Origin: Auanema rhodensis
Taxonomy: Eukaryota; Animalia; Nematoda
DNA length: 64,000 bases
Reading direction: 5' to 3'
Assembly (NCBI GenBank): GCA_964057225.1
Contig: OZ059894.1
Location: forward strand, 16,182,001 to 16,246,000
Shown here: positions 55,101-64,000 of the stretch, piece by piece
Numbering within the stretch: position 1 is the stretch's first letter
Layout of the letters: the number at the start of each line of letters is the position of its first letter
Position numbers and translations under genes: made by a program
Notes under the pieces: model-generated
What the model saw: only the letters and a program-made list of their open reading frames with translations
What the model was told of the DNA's origin: nothing
Databases searched by the model: none

Positions 55101-58100
55101 TTGTACTCCGGGTGTCTCGTTGAGATTGATTCATCAAGGACTGAAACATTACATATGAAATAAGAAAGAATATTTTCTTATACCATCATTAAAGCGGATC
55201 CGCGAGCTCTTCTTGTACCAGTAATACTTTCACCGCTGAAATCGGGGGGGTTCAAAAAATGAGAATAAGATAAAGAAAACCTTGTAATTATCGAATCGGA
55301 GAATAATCGTCGAACGGCAGTCGATTCACTGGTATCCAGGTCTTGCTGTTTCGCGTTCGTAATAGTAGTAGGAACTACCGACGACTGAAATAATGCTTAA
55401 GCAAGAATTATAAAATATTGTCATACCGCTCGCTGTGTTGTAGCTGGTATCGGTGCTAATGCCGATGACTTCAACAGTTGAGCATTTACAGGAACGTCAG
55501 ACGAGGCACTGACCGTACTGAAAACGCTGTCATCCATGGGCAAATCTTTTAATATGGTGGCTTCGGTCTCCTCCAACAGTGGGGTTTTTTCTCTACTTGA
55601 AGGTATTTCATCAGAAGATTGTGGTATAGATATTATCTCCTCTAGAGCGGGAATATTTGAAATTACAACATTTGTGTTGTAAGTACTATTCGAGTCACTA
55701 CTAGGCTCCAAGGAAACAAGTTCAGACTGGCTTGCTTTCTCCTTTAAGTCAGTAGCTGAAACAGCAGAAGATGCATCTTCATCCACAACATCATCATCTG
55801 ATTGTTGTTCCATAGAGCAATTCACTCCAGTTTCGTTAACCCATCGATTAACGGAGTTCTGAAAAAAAAGTACATAAAAACTATGATATTAAAAGTACCT
55901 TAGGGCAGGAAATATTAAATGTTGTATCATTGATAGAATAGTCCACCAATTTAGGAGCATTAAGGCCGTCACCAATTGAAGAAACTACTTCTTCTTCGTC
56001 ATCTTCTTCTTCCTCCACATTAGTAACATCTTCGGTTTCATACACAGAAACACTCTTTTGTTGTACCTCCGAAACAGACTCTATTTCTGCCAATTTTTCA
56101 TCCAAATCTTCGCCTAACTCATCTTCGTCGGATTGCTCTTCCTAAAAAAAATAGTAATACAAACAAGTGAACAATCTTTACCGCAGAATGAATAGGAGAT
56201 CTTACTGTCGTTGTTTCATTATGCACAATGTTAGGAATGGGATCATCTCTCTCTTCTGCTCGTTCATTTGAAGAAGAGCTGTAATACTCAAGGGACTAGA
56301 AATTATTTGAAGAGCTATATTCTTACGATGAATCTCCAGAATCCTGGTAAACCGCAATATCTTGTAAATTTTCACTAGGAGTAGAGCAAACATCAGTTTC
56401 TATAGAACTGTTATCATTTGAAGCAACCATAACTGAGTCGTCCGCTTCAACAACTTCTGATTTCTGCTCTCCAGAAATTTCTACAATGGAATCGTCTTCG
56501 GTATCGAAATCAGGCTGAAAAATTGGCCTAATGATAATAGTTAGCGGAGTGCAAACCTGAGGCACATCAGGATGTTCAGAAGCTACTGATTCCATTGTAG
56601 TATTAGGAAGATCAAATCGTAATCTTGGACGACACGGGCTTTGAAGAACTAAAATTTCTAATTCAGTTATTCATATCAACGTATTTAACAAACGCTTTGA
56701 TTTAGCGGCCGACTTCAAAATACTAGTGGGAGGTGGTAATTGTTTAATATTTTCAGGAGTAGTATCCATGGACAAATGTGCCTCTGCAGCAGCCGCAGCT
56801 CTAGCTCGGGATGTTGGGGTCTTCATAACGTCATTAATATTCTTCCAAACCTCAGTTGATATATTACTAAATATTCAGTGAAGCTGTATATAGTTATATA
56901 AAACTTACAGCCCATCAGGAGTGTCTTCATTGGCAAGATTTCGTTTAGCTGGTGGAGTCATCATCTAAAGAGAAAGTTATGAAGTTTTAATTTATGGTTA
57001 ATACCGGAGATGTCAAAGTTAGTGTATTAGCAACAACAGATTCCCTTTCGTGATTCTCAAATGTTCTTTTACGGTTCGCATCATTTTTAAAGCTCCTGCT
57101 AAAATAATGATAATGTGAACACATTGAACCAAAATAATAATAATACTTTTGACGAAGAGGGAAAGGAGTTCTAGGTTTGAAAAGAACAGCACTTTCAACA
57201 CGAGGAGACTTTGACTTAGAATCTTAAATAATAAAATAATGCAAACAATACAATTCGACAAAGTTACCAAAATTATTAATAGCATCCATTATATTTGAAG
57301 ACCATTTGATCGGATACGCTATATCTTTCTTGCGTTTACCAAGAGTTTCTCGAATGTGCATAACTCCAGGTAAGGCAGCAGAGTACTTTTGTGCATATAA
57401 GTCATTAGATTCTTTTGGGACAGTAGCCTGAATACTAAATTGAGGAAAAGAAGATCAGCTTAATTTAACCAGTTCAACTTCATCATAGCGTGAATTTTTG
57501 ATCAGATAACATTGCCATTTATAAAAACCATTTTCTTCCTTTGTCAGTTTCTCTGTAAAAAATTATAAAACCTAAAAATATAGTACAATTTTACCTCGAA
57601 GAGTAGCTTCTTCATTCTCGGTTAACGATCTTGGTAACTCAAGCCAGTAGTTAATATCATCATGGGTACTCTTGTCAGAGATAGCAAGAGGCACAGATAC
57701 GCCACAATTTTCATCACCATTATCTTCGGACCACTGATCATAAACAAAGTCAATTTCTTTCACATTTATATCATATAAGTCATCCAAAAGCTCGTTAGCA
57801 CTGTTACATATGGAGGATTTCTGTATTTTAAGGTGATTCAAAATAGCTTTAAAAAATTCAGAAAACCGTTTGCACTATTCCTCTCAAAGAATCGGTTACT
57901 GTAATATAGTCAATCGCGTAATAGATTAGTAATTCCTTTTTTAATTTGTTGGAAATTGTCATAACCAAGAGTGGAGCCAGCAAATTCTATAAAGTTGGTT
58001 CAAAACAAACATTCAAAACTTGAGTTTTACCAATAGAGCAGGAGGATAGTATGTAGATGCATCTTGTCCCATCCAAAAGCCTAATGAAGGTTCTAGCATA

Positions 58101-61002
58101 TGCATCTTAGAAACAAGTTGATCTATACTCAGTTGGGCACTAAAATTTAAATGAGACCGACCGAAAAATAAATATTGCATACCGTCTGGAACGAGCTTTT
58201 TCCCTACGAGATTCCAGCTGATCCTTCATCGTTCTCCAAACTTGATTACTGTTATTAGGAAGAGGAAGCATGCCTTTTAGACACATATTTTCAACACAAA
58301 AAGAGTATTGTAGCAAATTATATGAAGCTGTCCGCCTAGCTTTCAATTCTCGTATAAATGATTCTAAGAGAGTTGGATAGTTTTAAAACACCAGAGAGAA
58401 CCTTACCACTACATGCTTCAATATTAGAACAGGCTGGAATTAAATCACCAAAAACTTCAACACCACATAGGAAAACATTCTTGGCGTAAGAAAACATTTT
58501 TTTTCCTTGTGGAGTTAGATGTTTTGCAGGACGATTAAACAAAGGAACGACTGAAATAGTTAAGATAAAATCCAAAGCAACTTTAAAATCCTACTAGTTT
58601 CATCCATTTTTTCTTTTGCTCTTTCGATTTCTGTCCACATCCAAGAACGAATCAAGCAAAGATTGGTGAAGTGACTGGATCTTCGTATAAAGTTAAGCAA
58701 AGAAGAACAATAGCCATAATTTACTAAACAGGAAAGTAGGGTGTTAATGGGAGTATCCTATAAAAAAAGCTTTTTTTTTCACGATCTTATTCAAATATTC
58801 ACCTCGTTATGAGATGCAAGACCAACAGCTAAAAGCCATTCAGCAGCCTCAAGCGAGTCTTCCAAGTGGGATTCAAGATCTTGAACAATCGCATCCATAG
58901 TCTAAAAATAATCACATTTCTTTGGTAGCCGCATATTTCAAATAGATACCTGATGTCCCATGCAGGGAACGTTAAATATACGGAAATTATGTCCAGTGGC
59001 AGCATGAATAAGTCTAATCTGAACAAAAAAAAATCATTATCAATTACAATTTTGTGATACCTCATAATTCGATGGATAAAATAGTTGATCAGCATCGCTA
59101 ACATTGGATTTCAATCGTTTAATAATTGTTGTATCAACAACCAAATCCTGAAATCTTAATATGAGAACAGATTTTTTATATTTGTATACTTGGTACTCCT
59201 CGCCAAAATTAGTTAGACAAGGCCATATAAACGACATGAAAGCATTTTGACGAGCTTTTGTGTTATCCGGAACAACTGCTTGTACCAATCGTTTATAATA
59301 ATAAGCATTTAAATCAAAAATATTTCCCTATAATATAAATGAAGAATTATTTTGTAGGTATAAATATAGACGAACCAATAATTGATTTTTTTCATTCAAA
59401 TATGCTAAGAATAAAAGTGAACGATCAAATTCTAAAATACTTTGGTCATTATTACCGCTATAGCAACACGTTACCTCCTATAGATAATTGAGACATCGAA
59501 TGCATAGTCGTTTCTTCAACAGGAGAATCCCTGCTTTCTTTCTCGCACACCAGAGTTCGCATAGACACCCATTTCCTCCCATTAGAAAAAGCATGCTGAG
59601 AAATAACAATTAATCCTCAGAAATAAAATTAAACTTACCAAAAGTTTTAAAGCAATAATCAAATCAGTATCATCAGGATTCTCGAGGTTAGGAGGTCTAC
59701 TGACACTATACAAAGACATAGTTAATCCTGGACGAGTAGTATCCGCAGTTCTTGTGCTGGAAAATAACATTCAAGTTTCGAAATTTGATTAAAGTTCTCC
59801 TTACTGATGGCCAACACAAAACCACACATCATTATGAGGATCATCGTGAGGTTCTAAATAGTTAATAAAGGCTACCCCAGAAGAGCATCCATATATAAGT
59901 CCAACACTATAAGAAAACAATATTGTCAGGATTTCTTTAAATACTTACATATTAGCAGTTGGGCCAAAGCAAACAGTCATTAATCCTCCAAAACTTAAGC
60001 CGATGATCATTGTATTATACCGCTCGATGAATCCAAAGGCGGTAACCGAAACAGCAGCTTAAAAAATTTCTTTCAGTTGAGCATAGGAATATAAAATAAC
60101 CGATATCCAGTTTTCTAGTTCTTCTGCCTGTACTAGGATCATCGAACTGATAATGAAATTGTTTGCCATGGTGAAACGGCTCTGAAACATTACGTTAAAA
60201 TTGAGAAACTGATTGAAACCAACTTAACGCATCAGTCAAGGTTTTGCTTACTGGAGTTTCCGATGTCAACGTTGGGACTCTTTCTTTTATTGAAAAATTC
60301 AAAAGATAGCAATGAGCAAATTTGGTACCTAGCATGATATAGAAACCATTAAAAGTACTGCAAATCAATAAACATACCAACAGCTAAAATATGAGGCCAT
60401 GCTTTCATTCGAGCATTCAGCTGATCAGACTTATGCAGAAGAGCTTTTTCAGATATGAGTACGCTGATACAAGTGATCTCAAACAAAACATTGAAACAAA
60501 TAAATTTAAAACAGGATATACCTCATGCGGTATAACTATCTTCTGTATTACAGTTAAAACACCACCAATTGAATGCAGCAAGGAAACAAAACTTTCAACA
60601 TGTATGCCATCTTCTTCGCAATTTACTCCAAGAAATAAACCAAACTTATCATCTTTAGAAAAAAAATAAGGAAAAGGTATATAAGAAACCCTACCTTTAT
60701 CAGGAAAATAACAAACATCTTCTATGACACAACCATGATCAAAATGGAATCGTGTTTTCAGGGTATGATCACTCGATTTATATATTAATAGCTCATTTTT
60801 CAAATATAAAGCTAAGTAACCAGATAGTTCTCCTAGAAAAACATTATTATATATTTTTCCCAGTATTTTAAAGCTTACCATTAGTGGATAAATATTTTAC
60901 ATTATATTCTTCATCAAACGTTCGATCTGTAAAGGACTCCCGCGTCCCAGGTGGGAGATGTATAAATTTTTGTTTGAGTGCTTCTGGCACTGATGAAAGC
61001 AT
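52123..61002 (-). CDS. mel-28: MEL-28/ELYS nucleoporin and chromatin-binding protein
   Basis: Large multi-exon gene with a beta-rich N-terminal region, a helical ELYS-like core (YYPPALL...KKELLIYYAID), TPPTSILKS, and a long S/T/K/R-rich tail with AT-hook-like TPSKRGR repeats. Confidence 0.82.
52714..52925 (-). repeat. ~60-bp coding tandem repeats (TPSKRGRTPTVKKAASTT) in mel-28
   Basis: Seen in ORF 52678..52872 and adjacent sequence. Confidence 0.9.
54137..54811 (-). repeat. Four tandem 168-169 bp exon+intron units inside mel-28
   Basis: 123-nt phase-0 exons at 54689-54811, 54521-54643, 54352-54474 and 54183-54305, with similar introns. Confidence 0.95.
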
Positions 61003-61313
61003 TCAACCTAAAAATAAAGCATTACAAATTATATATTTAATATATATGTTAAAGAAATTTTAAGAAGTATAGCGTAATTCCTCCTTGTTTCACCATTATT
61101 GTTTTTAATTTGAATATTTTATAAATTCCTAGTATTTAATATAATAGAAATAAAACCGTTTTCATGAATCGAAAATAAAAAAATGATGTACATTATTTCT
61201 CTTTCACGAGCAAATACTTGTCAGTCATACAATTTTATGTAAAAAAAAGTACTTAATAGCGGATTTTATACTTGAATAACAAGCAGAGATTCAAAAATAG
61301 GATAAATTATTTA

Positions 61314-61323
61314 CGCGCGAAAA
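61314..61323 (-). promoter_or_regulatory. E2F/DP-like site upstream of mel-28
   Basis: TTTTCGCGCG about 310 bp upstream of the ATG. CpG-rich words are scarce in this AT-rich DNA. Confidence 0.4.
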
Positions 61324-61919
61324 TAATTTTTCAAACGGAGTACGCATTGTCCTGACTAATTACAGTATACCGAAAAACAAACAAGGCTTCTTGAACAATT
61401 TTTTTTGTAATAAAAGCTTCTATCAAACTTTCTAAGCATATCACCTCAATGAAATGATTCACTTGTTACTACCTATCATGTTATCACGCCAAACTGTCGT
61501 TTTTGATTCCAATGAAAAGGTTCTGCGCAATGCGATCATAGTCGTTACTTCGAGGGGAAGTTCAGTAGCACTGTTGGCAAGCTTATGCGGATTCCCTCCT
61601 TATCAGTCTTCAGTCATTAATTTTATCATAATCACTTTATCATTGTGTGTAATCCATAGCTTAATCAAGAGAAACATTCAGGCGTCTAATATGTATCACT
61701 TAAACTTTATAATCCACTTACATAATCCAAACTTACATGGTGGTTCATTACGATAACGTAAAAGTATATGTGTCATATTGTTGTTCTGTTTTAACATATA
61801 TTATATATATATTTATATTCTATGATTCAATATATGTCAATTTGTTTCTATTTTTTAATATTTCAAAGTGTCGAGCTTTCATGATCAAAATTTAGATATT
61901 GTTTACTAGTATTTTCAGT

Positions 61920-64000
61920 ATGAAGTTTTTGCTATACTATATTGCCTGGCTATTATTATTTAAATATGGTTGTTCTGATACAATTTTACATTTGGCTGAT
62001 TTTCATATGGACTTGGAATATTCAATACATGGAGATAACACCAAAATGTGCCATGAAGGTCCGAATAGCACGAGAATGAATTTAGGGACTTATGGAGATT
62101 ACTTGTGTGATTCATCAGAGGTAAATAATTGCAAGTTTCTGATTTATTTCCCATTTGGAAAACTGATTGAATTCTGAACCGTAGGTCAGACAAAGAATGG
62201 TGTCAAAGTTTTTGCACAGATTATTAGTAGATAACTGCACTAGCTACTGCATTAATTAAATCGGATTAATAACGCTATCAATTTCTCTGATTATTCTTTA
62301 GTTGCCTTCCGTATTAAATGGCGTTTCGTTTATTCTGTTCGTTTCGTTAGTCAACCTCATAAAATATCTTAAAGTATTCCTATAAAAAAGATAAGAACTT
62401 TATTAACTCTCTACTATTTTATGAGTTCTTGTTGCAACATTTAATAGATTTGTATAGGCCCTCGTGAAGTACACTTTGAATGAAGCCGCTAAACTCTTTC
62501 CATCACCCGACATAATATTGTGGACCGGAGACAATGTGCCTCATATTGAAAATTATAATTGGACATGTAAGGGAACGGCTGATTTTTATGCCATAAATGC
62601 TTCTTCCAGATGTTTATAATTCTATGAGAGTGGCCACTAACCTAATCCAGGATCATTTCTCAATAAATACGAAAACAATTCTTCTTCCAACATTTGGAAA
62701 TCATGACTACGCTCCAGCAAATGCGTATGATACGTACAGTGAGCTGTATCTCGCAGTATGGGATATGTGGTCTAAGTTTATAGGCCCAGATCAAAAAGTC
62801 AGCTGTCTTCTCTAAGTTTTCTATTTTTTTCTTAAGTATTCAATCCATTAAAATGAGAATCATATGACAATTCATGCTTTCGAATCATTGTTATCTTTTT
62901 CTTCTGTTATCTTAATTAATTTTCTTTACCTACTCAATATATTGTCTCTGATTCCATATTCTAAAGATCAGAAAACTGCTGCCTGAGCAAACTATGTGAT
63001 CATAATTTTCTTTTCTTTATAGGAACGTTTTTTGAGAGGAGGTTATTATAAAGTAGTAAGAAAAGGAGTAACATTTCTAGTATTGAACACAAATCTCTAT
63101 TACAAGTACGCTTTTTTTTCAATATTACTTCTTAAATAAGTCATATCAGTGCTAACGAAGCCTATGTTAACTTTACCAATCCTGATGATCCAGCTGAAAT
63201 GTTCGCTTTCATGGAATCTGAACTTGAAGCTGCTTCTAAATGTGGAAACCAAATAAATAAAACTCTCTGTACCAATCACGTTCATATTGTTGCCCATATT
63301 CCTCCTGGAGGTTTGGAATCATTTTCTGCGGCTGATCAATAAATCCTATTTCAGTTTTTGAACGAACCCCACATTATAATTGGTTCCGACCATATTATAA
63401 TGAAAGATTTTTGAACATAACTCTCAAATATGCAGAAACGATCAAATGGATGCTTTATGGACATCACCACACTGACACTTTTCATTTAATTAGAGTACAG
63501 TTAACTATTCCATTAAATTTTTTAAATTATTGTTTAGGATAAAGAAGGCAAGGCTGTACAATTGTCTTTAATGGCTCCTGCTGTAACCCCATGGTTTTCT
63601 TCTTTAGATGGAGCGGGTGCAAATAATCCTGCATTCAGAATTTATAGGACTTCAGATGATTTAGCTATAATCAACGATATTGAGTAAGTGAAAAAGCAAA
63701 ACAATTGCCCCGAACCAGGATCGAACTGGTGACCTTTAGATCTTCAGTCTAACGCTCTCCCAACTGAGCTATCGAGGCACACAAGCCAATGCTTTTTTGC
63801 GAGATGAGGTTTTTTCTTTTTACACTGATCATTTCAGAACTTACTATGTGAATCTGGACCAATTGAATCAAGGAAATGGAACATTTTTCCAATTTGAGTA
63901 TTCATTCCAAAAAGCTTATAATATTACTGGCCCTATTAATGCATTAGCAATGGATAAAGTAATTAAGCGAATGAAAACTGATGAAACTACATTGATGACG
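61920..64000 (+). CDS. Acid sphingomyelinase-like phosphodiesterase (SMPDL3-like metallophosphoesterase); runs off window
   Basis: Signal peptide, then LHLADFHMD, GTYGDYLCDS, ILWTGDNVPH, PTFGNHD, LNTNLY, IVAHIPPG, YGHHHTDTF, APAVTPW, NNPAFRIY. No saposin domain. Confidence 0.94.
63706..63778 (-). tRNA. tRNA-Phe (GAA), intronic and antisense to the phosphodiesterase
   Basis: 73 nt GCCTCGATAGCTCAGTTGGGAGAGCGTTAGACTGAAGATCTAAAGGTCACCAGTTCGATCCTGGTTCGGGGCA with cloverleaf, A/B boxes and downstream T-run terminators. Confidence 0.97.

Noticed and set aside
61454-61756. 100-aa ORF between mel-28 and the phosphodiesterase
   Set aside because: No recognisable motif or intron structure on either strand.

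Overview
Eukaryotic, very AT-rich, intron-dense DNA (typical introns ~40-50 nt ending TTTCAG/TTTTAG) that looks like a compact rhabditid-type nematode genome. The ORF track is mostly misleading because the genes are spliced, so exon models were read by hand and are approximate. Left to right: the 3' part of egl-9 (HIF prolyl hydroxylase); a 2,163-bp apparently identical direct duplication (1372-3534 / 6518-8680) enclosing a ~3-kb decayed Polinton/Maverick (adintovirus-like) remnant with a protease N-terminus, a retropepsin-like ORF remnant and a frameshifted protein-primed PolB; a small secreted-protein gene, intact in copy 2 and truncated in copy 1; a ZIP/SLC39 transporter with degenerate metal-binding motifs; a small membrane-protein gene missed by the ORF track; a trypsin-like protease; an acidic secreted protein; a beta-type insulin-like peptide with a long gene-free upstream region; PI4-kinase type II; a CCDC9-like gene; a headcase homolog; a gustatory-receptor-like multipass protein; dyci-1; mel-28/ELYS with tandemly duplicated exons; and an acid-sphingomyelinase-like phosphodiesterase carrying an antisense intronic tRNA-Phe. 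The most notable structure is the Polinton remnant between long host-DNA direct repeats. Family calls come from recognised motifs, not database searches.
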